Source: Hydrolagus colliei (Eukaryota). Taken from it: a stretch of DNA of 64,000 nt. How positions within the stretch are numbered: the stretch's first letter is position 1; each line of letters begins with the position of its first letter. The translations under genes were made by a program, and so were the position numbers. The DNA lies in assembly GCA_035084275.1 (NCBI GenBank), contig CM068751.1, positions 3,100,001-3,164,000 of the forward strand. The letters are read 5' to 3'. Shown here piece after piece: positions 14,121 to 27,162 of this stretch. The notes under the pieces are model-generated. The model was not told where the DNA came from. It searched no databases and saw only the letters and a program-made list of their open reading frames with translations.

Positions 14121-16141
14121 GTTCATCTGCTTGAGATTGCCGTGAATCAACATTAGCGTTATGGTTGCGGATGTGGGGATGTTTTGTGATGGGTGTGATC
14201 TGATTCAATACAAAGGCTCAGTCTGAACAGCACTATTTTTGTGCAGGATCAGCATTAATTGGACTCCTTGTGCATGTGATCTTTAATTAAGCAATAAGCA
14301 GAGGTCTACATTACTTTTATTGTGGCTTTCAACATACCATTAGGGGCCTTTGACAAAGGTCCCTCTGCGTTGTGTAGCTTTCAGTGTTTTGCAAATGCTT
14401 TGAATTGGTTTTGCAGCTTTTTAAAAAAAAATAGGATTTCTGAGTAGGATTTAAGGCACTGCACAAATTCAGAAGCTGCACAGTTATCACGCAAATCAGT
14501 CTGCCTTACGGAACTGCATCTCTCTGAAGAGTCACATCATCACAAATTAAGTCCAAAAAAAGCTTTCACAACTTTAAAACATAATTTGCCGCTCACACCA
14601 GTTCTGAACCTTATCAAAGGTTAGCAGTCACTTTTCAGTGTGACCTCAGTGCTTTGCTTTGTGTTTGTTTACTCAATAGACTAATGAATTGCCTGGAGAG
14701 CCAGTGTGCCTGTTGAATCCTCTCAGGACAGTCCGGTCATTTCTCAGTGGGTGCATTTACTGCTAATGAAACCAATTTGTAAAGCGTTGAATTGAAAAGA
14801 TATTGGGCTATTAATATAAATTTACAACCTGGACATGCTGTGACATGGTATGAGATTTAAAATCCAAGGGTTGTTTTTTTTCTCAGCGGTTTGAAAGCAA
14901 CCGTCGGGGGTGGAAAAAACAGGCGTGGGTGGTGGGGATTGCACTTTTCTTAGTTAAATAATCTGTTAGAATGAAGTGTCAGAGAAAAACAATGGCATAA
15001 ATAACACAAGTGATAATAGTAATAGATAATAATGGCAATCAAAGGTATCCAGTAACCCACAAATCTTCCCCATCGACATTGTTAGCAACCCCTCCCCCAT
15101 GACTACAACAACTTGCTTTTCTACAGCGCCCCTCTCATAGGGTAGCACCCATTACTGCTAACCATCACTTCCCTTCCTGGAACAACAGGGCACTGTTGTC
15201 TCTGTCTGTAAGGTCTGCCAAGTACAGCTCTTCTGAAGGATATTTGCTACCCCAAGTTTGATATCTACTTACTGAGTTTCTGCTGGCTGACCTCAATATT
15301 TTGCATCCCTCACTGAAGATCTAACTCATAGGTTTATTCCATATCTTCTGTCTCCTCCCCTAGACTCTGTGCTTGAGATCAACTTGAAGGCTTGAAACAA
15401 AAGGCTCTGTGAGCATCACAAGCCTTAATGTATACTTGCAAAGCACACAACCAACCATTCTTCTTGTTGTGTTAGCATTGGCATTTAACTCTACAAAACC
15501 CAGCTCATTACTCTCAAAAGCTGAATTGCTTAGCTTTTAAAATGGATGAGCATCCTGAATCTCCCCCCCCCCCCCCCCTCCCCACCCGCCTGCATGTGGG
15601 GAGATTTATGGGCTGTGGGTATGCCCTAAATATGCAGTGAATATAGTTGCCTGGCAACCAGTCAGATCGAAAAATTATGAAGACCTTTCAAATAGCTTCT
15701 CTTATCTAGGTGCATAGGTGGAGTATTATTCTTCTCTTGCCACATGCTTTCATTGCCACAAGTTCAATCCCCAGCCTGAGCTAAGATAGTTCATTTCAAT
15801 TAATTGGTTACTGCAATTGTCCCAGTGCCCTTGGAAAGGTGAAAGTCAGTCAGTTTTCCCCTCCCAATAACTGTCCAGTCACCTCTCCCACAGGAAAACC
15901 TGTCTTTACAGGAGAGGGCTAAATTGCATTTGGTGTAATGTATACTGTACCACATAGAGACTAACTGCGGAGAATTCCCAATGGACACTGATATTGCATT
16001 TGAATGCTGACCAGAATTTCAGCCAGCTTATATGATCACAAGATATGTTTGGATAAAGCAGGCCCATCCAATCTCCCCCCTGACATTCTTTCACAGAATC
16101 AAGCTGCTTTTTAAATAAGTCAGGTATTGCATCTCAACCGA

Positions 16142-16167
16142 CCCCCCCCCCCCCCCCCCCCCCCCCC
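16142..16167. repeat. Poly-C homopolymer (others at 1485-1509, 12916-12942, 15563-15578)
   Basis: Runs of 16-27 C read directly from the sequence. Confidence 0.9.
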
Positions 16168-19100
16168 GACAACCTGTTTGAATCGGTAATTACGCAAGAC
16201 AGTGACTGGCTGAGATGGGCCTTTGGTCACACTCTTATCAACACTCAGTTATTCAGTTAATCAGTAAAACGTAATCAGTTATTGTGGTTGATATACTGAG
16301 ATCAGTTAATCCAGCACAGACTGGGTATTCACAGTGTCTCCTTGTCACTTCAGGCAATGACATTGCAAGCTGAGCTCACGAGGAACATTCTTTTCAAATA
16401 AACAATTGGATTTTATTGTCCTGCTCTCACCCTCACAGTGTTGGTGGGGAGGGGGAGGCACCATATTTTTTTAATCATTGCTGTCTGTCCCATTATGCAG
16501 CTAATATATTTCATCACTAGTTCAGACCTCGATTAGTACATTCTTGCTAGGGTAAAGAGAGACTAAACACAAGCAGGTTTGAGAAATTGTGTTGTAAAAC
16601 AATGAGAGGAAGAAAGTACAATATTTCATAACAGATTCAATAAATATCAAATGTGTTTTCAACTCGGTTCTGAAATGTTGCATTTCTCATGTGTCTTAAC
16701 ACAGCATTGTAATATTTATTTCACAAAATCAATTCATGTCCAAAGCCTACTTGCATAACAGTTAGAAAATAGCTATAGAAAAGGAGCTTTTTCAACGAAC
16801 ACGCATGTTCTGTGTTTTTGTCCACTGGGGTTTTGCAGAGGGAACATTGTGCGGAAGCGTCGCTGAGGGACTTTGATGGATTGAAACGTTTATTGTGGAA
16901 GACATAAATAAGCCTGGTTTCCTACTGGGGGTAGCAGGGTCACAAGTAGAAATTATCACCGAGGTGCCACTGGGTCACTTTGTGGCCCTGCAGGGGGTGT
17001 GTTGTTCCATTAAACCTCTGTTCACCCCTGATATGGGACAAAATCCTGTCTTTTAAGGGAAGCAGACAAAACATCCCCATTAGGTTCGAGGCTTAAGGAA
17101 GTGTGGGAGTGTGGGGAAAGGAGAGACTGTTTTGATAAACTTTCATTAACCCTACAGGGTGCAGCAATAAAGATAACGAGTTAGAACTAATTCCATTGAA
17201 AAAAAATTAGGGCAATTTTAAAAGATACATGCACAGCTGCTGTTGTGAGATCTGAAACAGGTTAAGCAGATCTGAGCTCTTTGAAATGAGATTTGTGAAT
17301 GTGGTTAGTTTCAAAAGTATACCATGCGGTACACTTTAATACCTTTGCTAGAGGACTAGGTTCTATATAGTTCATGGGAAATTGTATTTTGCATAACCTT
17401 ATCAGTTTATGTATTACAGGAAATACAATTAACTAAACAAAAGCCTGTGGAATCAGGCTTGGTAAGTAAAATAGCATCTTATTGAAATGACTATTTGACA
17501 AAAAAAAACATCTCAGACCATATGACCATCAAGATTTGCACCTCAAGATTTGATGGCTGAAGTTTAGACATATTAGATATTTATTCAGTGTCAGCCTGGC
17601 TTAGTGGTAACACTTGTTTCTGAGTCAGTTTGTGAGAGTATAGGTGACCCGTAGTTTGTGAGGCTATAGGTACATCACTGTTTCAATGAACTTTCACCCT
17701 TGTCCAAATACAATCAAGTCGATAACCTACTTGTTGAAGACATCCTGGGTTTCCTAAAAGACAGGAAAAAGACAACTGAGATCAGGATGTCTGAAACATT
17801 CATGTTCAATAGAATCACTCACTCAGTCTTTCCTTCTCTCCCCACCGTGGCAGAGTTGATCTTATGGGGGAACAATTGCAGTTACAGTGGTGAGGACAGG
17901 TCCATCATGAGAGGAGGAAATGGGAGAAAATTGCTGAGGGGGAAAAAAAGGCATTTATTAAAGTAATTGAGTTGCGTTTTTAATAAAACCAAATGAAAAA
18001 GAAAACAAATGATGTACAAACAGCCTTAACATTGCTTGGCAATTCCAAATGACACAAGCCTCATTCTGCTCATCTGTCTTTCTTATTTTTATAAGAAAGG
18101 TTTAATGAGTATATAATTCAGATGATTGTAATACAATCACACTTGTAGCAGACTGCCTATTCGAAAGAGGTTCCTTTGGCGGAAATTGAGATGAACACAG
18201 TGACTTATCTGTAAATAGGAGCTATAGAATGCAGAACAAGCTTTTCAGCGAGCCTGAAGTTGGCTGTAATCCTCCAGCGATTTCCTGTTAACGGTGTTGG
18301 GAATAGCCTGATACAGTTATCAGTGTTGGATATCAGCCAGTTCAGGAATATCAGTGTTTTCTTAATCTTGCAATTACCAGGACCAGCTTTTATCACATTG
18401 TGCAACAGAATTACAGTCGACATGATGCTACTGAATTTATCTGGCCTGAAGCTGATTAAAGCCTTTAAAGCTCTACGGTATTTCTCCCACTGCTCTGTCA
18501 ACCGGTTACGATGCAGAATCCATTACGTTAGTAAACCACAAACTGCCTTATGTTCGAACTGGGTTGTAAGTAAAACACAGACTTAGCGTGGGAACACTAA
18601 AGCGACTGTGCCCCGCTGAGTTCCGGCAGCATGGGTCTGAACTGCCGCCCGTCTCAGGAAAGTCAGATAGATTCAAATGTTGGAGAAGCTCCTTTAAGCA
18701 AAGTAGGGAAATACTTTGAAATGGGAGCAAAAGTAGGATGACAGAAAAACTCTTATCAAAGTTAGGAGGATTCAAAATAAAAGGGCAGCAACAAGGGATA
18801 AGCCAGCACAGACTCGATGGGCCGAATGGCTTCCTTTTGTGCCATACGATTCTAAGTGGAACGAGACTACAGATGTTCAGGCACCAAGTCCCAGACCACA
18901 TCTTGAGAAAGAAGTTCCCTATCTACAATTCCACCCTTGACAGATCATCTCTCCGCACCCCGTGACACCCCTCCCCCCACCATATATACACATTTACCAC
19001 AATGACCCGCCTGTCTCCCCCTCGGTATGATTTCATACCCAATTAAGGGTACAAAACCCACGAGAAACTGGCCCGAGACGGGTCAAGCTGTCTCCATGCA

Positions 19101-21224
19101 ATGGGCATAGCAGATCATTGTGCTGGATTCAGAACCAGAGGTGGAAGGCCAATGTCGTAACTTACTGCTTCCTCCAGTCTCCAGTTGGTGTGATTTTAGT
19201 TAACAATGTTGCAACTCATAACATGCTATTTGTTATAAGGCAAAAATTCCTGCTGAGATTGATGGAGAAAGAAAGCAATTGGAAAAAGTAAGCCAATGAA
19301 TAATGCCGCAACTCATCCGGTTGCTAAACTAAGCTTAAGAATAGTTACATGCCATCAACAGTAACACATTCTGCTTATGTCATGAGCCAGAGGTAGAAAA
19401 CCTCTGCTGTTCTGCAGTAAAAATCTCTAATCTGCTTCAAATTCTTTGAGGCTGAACTGGTGATTGATTGTTGAAATCTCATTCAACGGTCCATTGCACA
19501 CTCGGTCCTGTGAGTATAACACCAGCTCTTAACCACACTGGCAGCATAAGCTAAAGGATACAATTGGAGTGTCCTCCGTGGGCAGCGCTGCTAATATATT
19601 TATGAAATAATGAAAGTGTACAGTCTTAACCTTTGTCAGTTTGGTAAGACATTGGAAAGTCCATAACAGAAGCACAAATATTTAAATTTTCGATTCTTTC
19701 AGTACTGTATTGGGAAGTCTACCAATACTGTAAAGAAGGATGAATTCTTACATAGGTATTGTTGAATAGTAAGTGCTCTTGGACACCACCAAGTTGTTGT
19801 TGTAGTAGTCCCTCTGCACACCTGCTCCCCCAGCTGAGATCAGTCTTTACAGAACACAACAGGGATCGATCCTGAAACCATGTGCAAGGCTGAGCTACCA
19901 ACTCACTCAGCCATAGGGGAGAGCGATGTTGCACTCACCTTTTAATATGAAATTACAAAGTTCAGATACAAATGGGAAAGTTGATGACATCAAATCAAAT
20001 ATAGCACATGATTTACATGACAGGAATCCCACAGTTTTCATTTCCATTGGATATTACAGGACAGAAACAGGCCAAGCAGCCATACTAGTCTGTGGCCATG
20101 TTTGTACTCCTCACAAGTCTCTGCCCCTCTCAATCATCTCTCATTTACCCTCAATTCCCTTCTCCATCAGTATGCATTATTTCAGATGCTTCTGTGGATA
20201 AAACACTCCCCAGTCTTGTGATGTCCATGTACAGTACAGTGTACAGCACAATGAACTGCTCTGGGTTTCTTCTGCTTTCGATCATCTACTGATTGACAGT
20301 AACACTCGAGACGAAAACATTATGGAAACAGCAACAATGGGGGATGGTGACTCTGTGTCGATGGTAAGAAAACACTGAGATAACTATTTAGGTCTTGATT
20401 TGTCAACTGACCACATGCAGCTCAAACTCACTCAGGGTGTTCTTTCAGGAAAGCAAACTCAGGAAGTAAACGTTAATTTATTGAGGTAACATAAAAATCC
20501 AGTCTGGAGCTCAATACGCCAGGTTTGCAGACCTCAGCAATACTTCATGGAACCTCATGGGTCTTTCTACCCATCAGATTTATGACTCTCTTATATCCTT
20601 ATGTTTCTGTGAAAGCAGTACATCATGAGAATGGCTGGCATTAGAGAACCATACAAGAACTTCTTGTGCTAATATTCTTCAACATGTGAGACTTTCCCAA
20701 TCCTGGGGAGTTGGGAGTTTAAGAAAGGTTCATTTGAAAAATAATGATTACAACTTCCCACTTGGATCAGAAACTGGGAACTTCAGAATTTGTGTGTGTG
20801 TGCCTCCGATCACCTACGGTCAATAAAGCACACAATCAGATTGATGTGCTGCTGAGTTGTAAAAAAAACCTGCAGGCTTCGGCTTTCTATATTATGCATT
20901 TGCATTGTGCTTGATTCTGATCAGCTAAAAATCCAATTTGCAAGTATTTGATTTACCATTACGGTTCGGCAATAGAAGACAAAGCTGTTTAGAGTATGGA
21001 AACATAAGTTTGTTTTCTGCAGAAAAATGAATAAGCATATTATTTTACTAGGTCTGTGTTGTGATACCACACATCCTTAATATCTAAAGCACTCTGATAT
21101 TTATGATGTGGTCTCTTACCTTGCTGTCTTTATTTCTGTCAGGCTGCCAATGTTCTGGTCAGTTATATGCACATGGCAGGTTACATAACAAATAATTCCC
21201 TTCAATCTCTCTCTTTTTCCCCAG

Positions 21225-21380
21225 CTTGCCATTCAGGCACATTTAAAGCAAAACAAGGAAGTGATCCATGCACGTCCTGCCCCGCCAACAGCAGATCCTT
21301 GACAGATTCGGCCAGTGTCTGTATCTGCCGCAATGGATATTACAGAGCGGACTTCGACATGGCAGACCTGCCTTGTACAA
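21225..21380 (+). CDS. EPHB1: EPHB1 coding exon 4 (Cys-rich/EGF-like region), 156 nt
   Basis: Acceptor ctctttttccccag|CT, donor ACAA|gtgagt. Translates (A)CHSGTFKAKQGSDPCTSCPANSRSLTDSASVCICRNGYYRADFDMADLPCT(S), with Eph-type Cys spacing and the CRNGYYRAD motif. Phase 1-1. Confidence 0.95.
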
Positions 21381-21451
21381 GTGAGTAGAAGTACCAGCTG
21401 TGCTGCAAGATGCTATGAGATGTGATGGGCGTGTAGAAGGCCTCTAGCTAA

Positions 21452-21750
21452 GTGGAGTCCTGTAGCTCAGTGATTAGAGCACTCACCTTGCACGCGAGAG
21501 ACCTGGGTTTGATTCCCAGCAGGGTGACACCACGGACAAGTTTCCTTGCTCCACATGCCCAATAATAATCCCTCAAGAGAAAAAAACAATTCTGTTCACT
21601 CAATCCACGACTGTTTGTGAGACACCGCTGCCGCATTTCGCCCACAAGCGTACTGTCAAACCGCTTTACAATATACTCTGTGATGGACTTTGAGACATCT
21701 AGAAGACTGGAAAAGCACTATATCAAATGCGAGGATTATTATTATTATTA
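21452..21750 (+). mobile_element. Full-length tRNA-derived SINE (~300 bp)
   Basis: Head GTGGAGTCCTGTAGCTCAGTGATTAGAGC (A box) ... GGGTTTGATTCCC (B box). Body CTGTTTGTGAGACAC. L2-like tail AAAAGCACTATATCAAATGCGAGG(ATT)n. Several other copies in the window. Confidence 0.9.
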
Positions 21751-22084
21751 ATGTGGGTGGTTGTTGCAGTAGGAAAATGCTGCACATGAGTGCACTGTTA
21801 TTTCAGCAGCACACTTTCCAGGCATATAGCACCTTTCATTTAAAATGAGCATATCTGATTTATCGGGCACTTTTTATTGAGTTAAGGAATGGAATGGTCT
21901 CAAGGGAAACTCACATAAGAGGAATACACTCGCGGCTAAAACATTTTCAGTCTTGAGCTCATAAAAATTGGTGGCCACCTTAGAGCCATTAACAGATTGC
22001 ACAAGTACTCCATTCATTCCCCGGATGTCAATAGTTTGTTTCCATCTGGCTATCACCTCCTAGTGTTTGACTCTTTGACGGTCC

Positions 22085-22230
22085 CATCGGTCACCCCAAA
22101 TCCCCCCCCTTTCCCTCCACCCTCCACATCCCCGACCCCAGCTCAGGTCTGAAACAGTGACCGTCCAGTGCCTTAGGACGTCCTCCCGACGTAAAAAGCG
22201 CTATACAGATGTAATTTTGTTGTTGTTGTG
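22085..22230 (+). mobile_element. L2 3' UTR and tail fragment
   Basis: C-rich tract, then GGACGTCCTCCCGACGTAAAAAGCGCTATACAGATGTAATTTTGTTGTTGTTG. Confidence 0.8.
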
Positions 22231-25200
22231 TTACACTAGTCAGGGTTTAAAGGGATCACCATCATTCTACAATACGTCAATTATCACATTTCAATTTACT
22301 TTTGGTAAAAGGGGTGCCTGGCATATGTGGAAACCCATCGCCAAATTAGGAATTGCCCACCCATCATACAGTACACGAGTGGACTTCGGTATAGGGCATA
22401 AGGAGTAACACTGGGTCATGGATTTTATCATTGCAGCCTGGTTTTATCATTGTCATTACCCTGTGCCTCCCAGCGTGAGTGAAAAGATCACATATTTCAC
22501 ACAAAACTAGCTCCCCCAAAGCCATAACTGAATTTATTGTATACGGCAACATAACCTGGGTATGGTTTCACCCACTTTCTAGCTGTTGTCACTGTGATCT
22601 ATTTTTCTTCCTCCTATCCCCTTTGTAGCCCAGGCATATTGACCCCAATTACACCATCTCATTTGTTGCTACAGCAGCGATCAGCTAATTCAGTACTGAG
22701 CACTGACCTGTGATCAAGTTTGGCACATTCTGCATCCACATGAACCGACCTGTTTAAAACCACCCAGTAGTTTTTAACATCTCCCAATGTGGGCAGTAAA
22801 ACTGCACATATTTTGTTTTGTCCTGACCAGATGAAAATAATTAAACGTATGTTCAGATTTCATACATCTTGAAGAAATGCATTAATTTATTTTTTTAAAC
22901 CATCCCCAATAGCTGAAGTCGGTGCTTTTTTATTCCTTTGATCATTGTCACCACCCAGGCAGAAGAGACATTTGGATCTAACTGAGAATAATACCTCCTC
23001 CTGCTCTCTGCAGCTAATAGTAAATGCAAACTAACGATTAGGAAGCGTTGTGACCAATTTTGCTTCAAGCCAGTGCTTCTAAAAGCAAGTAATAACTGAA
23101 AATAATATAGTCCTTGGGCATTCTGGCGAGCCTTGGCAAATTGCTAGTCTGGCATTGGATCAAAGAAGCAACAAGGTTGGAGTCTGAAGGATTATTAGGA
23201 ACACAGGATTGCACATGGTAAATATCAGCCTCTCTGGGGTTTCATTAACTGGAGGCTGAGGGTTAGGGGTTTGACAGTTTTTTTTCGTTAAGCCACTACT
23301 GGGGACTTTACTGGGTAAATAACCTATGCCAATTAGTCTGCATGTTGTGCCTCAGGCGAATCTTTTGCTAATAACACGCCTTGTGAGACTGCACTCTGGT
23401 AGAAATTCAGTAACAACAATAAAAAGAAACCAAAATGCTAAATCATATTGATGTTAGAACACATGACAGAAATAATCACTGTTACAGTTGAGCTTCTGTT
23501 CTCTTCTGAATGTCTCCCCTCAATCCCCATGTAGTATTGGGATGCACTTCCGCAGGCACGGGATGCCCTCCACCAAAGAGCTCATTCTACATTGCATGGG
23601 CCTCGTCAGTGGGCGTGGTGATGGTGGGGAAATGAATCCTCACAGTCCACCCCGATTGCCTCCTTTGACCATATCGCAATATTGCCAAATTGCCCATATT
23701 GCCAAAGCGTATCACTGCAGAACGATGATAAGAGAAACCTTGGCGGATTTCTCCGCGTCGCCTCTTCTTCCTTTTCCTTCTTTCATACCCAGGCCATTGA
23801 AACAATTGTAATTTGTAAGTGTAATAGTTGTTTCCAACTAGTTGATCACTTGGGAAGGTTAAGAAGTAGCTTGGCAAACATCGTCACCAGTCCAGGCAAG
23901 ACTGGCCAAAGTTTCATCAGCTTCCGAGCTACAATATCCAAAATGTAATGGCATGGTCCATAAATTAAGAAAAATTTGTCATCTCTGTGCTGTACTGTAC
24001 TGATTAAAATCGGCTAACTCTGCACACACACACGTGATTGAGCCTGGGGTCTTGGTTTCACACCAGTGAGTGGCCTTCCGAACTGAGCAATAAGCAGAGC
24101 TATCAAACTTCCCCCATCCCACCCCTAAAAAATATATCAAAGGGGATAATTTCCTGGCAGCTCTCACACACCCTCTAGCAACTGGTTTCAGAACAGCTTT
24201 GGCCTTATATAAAAGTGCCTTGTATGAAAACATATGGTGGATTTCAATGTCATCCCACTTTTCAAAATGATTTCATGAGAGTTTTCAAACCCACCCCCCA
24301 GAAAAAAAATTGGCAACAATAAATTAAGGGTACAGATAGCATTTAAATGCAACCCCCAGCCAACAGATAATCAATCTGCTAACACTCTCTGTGTTGTGGC
24401 TCGTACACAATCTATGAGCTCTAAGTCCCGAATCCACAACCTTCTGAGCCAGAGGGGAGGGAGGTATAAACTGAGCCAGGCTGACACCTGACTGCGTTTA
24501 TCTTGTCAAAGCAGACTGTAAAAAATAATCAAATGCTGACTGTGTGCAATTAAAAAGCAGTAAACACGGCAAAAGTGTAAATCTGAGAGGGGAAAATCTC
24601 AGCTGGTAACGTGCAACTGGAAATTTTTCAGTTAATGCTATCGCAGGTCTGCAGGTATCGATAGACAGCTCCCCTCTCCCTAAAGAGGGTCTCTCAGGAA
24701 CTGAAGGCTTTCTACTCTCCTCGCCGCTGTTGCTTTTGGATTCGCTGTGTCAGGTTGATTCATGTCTCGGAGGCCTGGAGCCTTCATACCTCGTGAGGGA
24801 TGCGACTCTTCCAGATCCCCAGATGTCATCGGGTCGGCTATCTGATTCTCCAGACTTCACAGAAAACTTCAAAAATTAATACATTAACTAATTAGGCAGC
24901 GTATATTAAATTCCTTTTTTTTATTGAATTAATCCCCAGGACACAGTCGTCGCTGCTGTGACCTCCTCTTGTAACTTGTGGAGCAGTCAATTTTATTCAG
25001 CTAATCAGAGGCTGAATCAGATGTAAAATTGCAGGAATTTCACCTTTGATGCTAGTGTGGAATGTACCCCCATTCCAGCATCTGGAGAGGCTTTGTGATG
25101 ACATTAGTTTGAAGGCGGTCTGAACACTTGATGAATTTTCCTCTTTATTCCCTGGCTCTCTAGATCTGCCCACCAAATCCACATTGTGTGCCCTCTAATG

Positions 25201-26224
25201 TAAACCCCGAGTGACTAATGTGATCAGTAGGCATTCATTGCATGTTCCTCTTGGAGTGTCCCATCTGAGACAGTCTAGCACCAACCAATGTTTGATCTGG
25301 ATTCAACCCATATTTTAATAGAGTTTTGAGGAGTGGATGGATAATTTATCACTGTTTGTAACAAAGCCAGGATTTGTACAAGGCTGCATATACATGGACT
25401 GGAAATAACAATAAATTAAAGACAAAATCAAATTAGTACTAATCGATTAATAATAAAATGTACCACCATTTCTATTATCCATTTTGTTTATCCGTCTGTA
25501 TTTAGCTTAAAATATTTCAACATGAAATTAACTTTCTGAACGCTTCAAGTGCTCGAGTTACCAGATAAATAGGAACGTTGCGGAAACTGTTGGGTTTGAG
25601 AAACGTCAGGCATTGGGAAATCTCACCATCTCTGCCTGTTATTTATATGGCGCTGTGTCACAATAGTGGGTCAGAGAGTTCTCATGAGTGGGGAGATGAT
25701 CACAAGATCACAACAGCATTTGCCTCAGTGGGGCGCAGAGAGTCGTGAGTGCAAATTGTGAGCGGGTTGTGGGAAAGCGAGGAGAAAGAATTGTACTTCA
25801 TCTTCTCACAACATGGGACACTTGCTTTATCCCAAATTCCTCCTCTCAGTATGAGACAGAGACAAGGCAAAAGAGAGAGGATGGGAATTATTTTATAATA
25901 TATATGTATATAAATATAGAAATAAAACTTGCACCATTTAATGAAACTAAGGTACATTGAAAAGTAGAGCCTACATGATAGTAGTTTCAACAAAACCTAC
26001 CATGCCTGGGAGTTAACAAAAGAGAGAGTGTTTTTTTGGAGACGTGGTGCTGCATAATGTTTCACTCAAATTACCCGCTGGGCCTGTGCAATCAAAATAT
26101 TCAAGAGAGGTTATTTTTTTTTGGAGGGGGAGAGAGGGATAATTGCTCCCATTTTCATGACTGTATGGGCCCTGCATTTCACACAGAGTTTTATTTTACA
26201 TCTCTCTCGATTTCAGGAGCCTTT

Positions 26225-26844
26225 TGTGTGTCAGAATATTCACGGGTCACTGGCAGCAAATTGGGCATCTGTTTGGAGAGCTCCTGCTGGATTCGATTCC
26301 TGTGGTACTGAACCCAGTCAGTCACAGAGACTCCCCTCCTCGCCTGGAAATCCAGGTGGCAGCGTCACTGTGGAGAACGAGCTCTCTCGTCCAAATAATT
26401 TAGAAAAGAGAAATAAATAATCCGTCCAGCCTTGAGTTTCTGCAGCAAGTTAGAATCTCCGATTTTGTTTTTGCTTTTTACTTCTGGAGCCGAGATCCTC
26501 CAAGCCCCCATGTTGGTGTCATTAAGCAGATGGGAGGGGCGATTGCAATAAACAGAATAGAGCATTGAGACTAATCTGCAGACAAAAAGCCAAAATTACG
26601 CATAGGCAAAGCACTTTTCACACAAAAAAAATCTTTGTTTTGCCCAGAAACAAATAAACGAGGGAGAAAAAAAGAAGGGATTAATTTGAGCGTGAATGCT
26701 GAAAATTGAGGGTAGAGGGGAAGTGAGGATTGAGAGGAGTCTCTGTGGCTGACTGAGTTCAGTACCAGTAGAATCAGATCCAGCAGGAGCCTCCAAACAG
26801 ATGCCCAATTTGCTGCCACTGACCCATGAATATTCTGACACACA
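26225..26844. repeat. Long inverted repeat: ~110-bp arms (26225-26334 and 26736-26844), ~400-bp spacer
   Basis: Left arm TGTGTGTCAGAATATTCACGGGTCACTGGCAGCAAATTGGGCATCTGTTTGGAG...CACAGAGACTCC matches the reverse complement of the right arm with about 10 differences by eye. The ORF track shows the same peptide on both strands. Confidence 0.93.
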
Positions 26845-27162
26845 CATTGGCTGTTTGTGGGACGTTACTGTATGCAAATTGGCTGCTGCGTTAAAAACGT
26901 AATCGCTGCACTTCACAGAAAAAATGTGGGCTTCGAGAAATCCTCTCAGAAATGAAATGCACTAGAACAAATGCAAGGATTATTATTAGCAATGTTAAAA
27001 TCAGAACAGTGTTTGAAAGGAATACTATGCTTTGAGTATGACTTCCCAGATCTGATTAAGAATTGTAACTGAAGAATGAACTTGCATTTGATACAGTGCT
27101 TTATCACATCTTCCAAGACATCTCAAAGCACTTCACACAATGTGCTGGAAAGTGAATGGTCT

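Noticed and set aside
1-21224. Many 60-120 aa ORFs in the large introns as nested genes
   Set aside because: They are short, often have non-ATG starts, show no domain similarity or coherent exon chain, and several are translations of repeats.
21452-21525. tRNA genes at 21452, 27163 and 27954
   Set aside because: A and B boxes are present, but there is no good acceptor stem, the copies differ in the anticodon region, and each continues into a shared SINE body.
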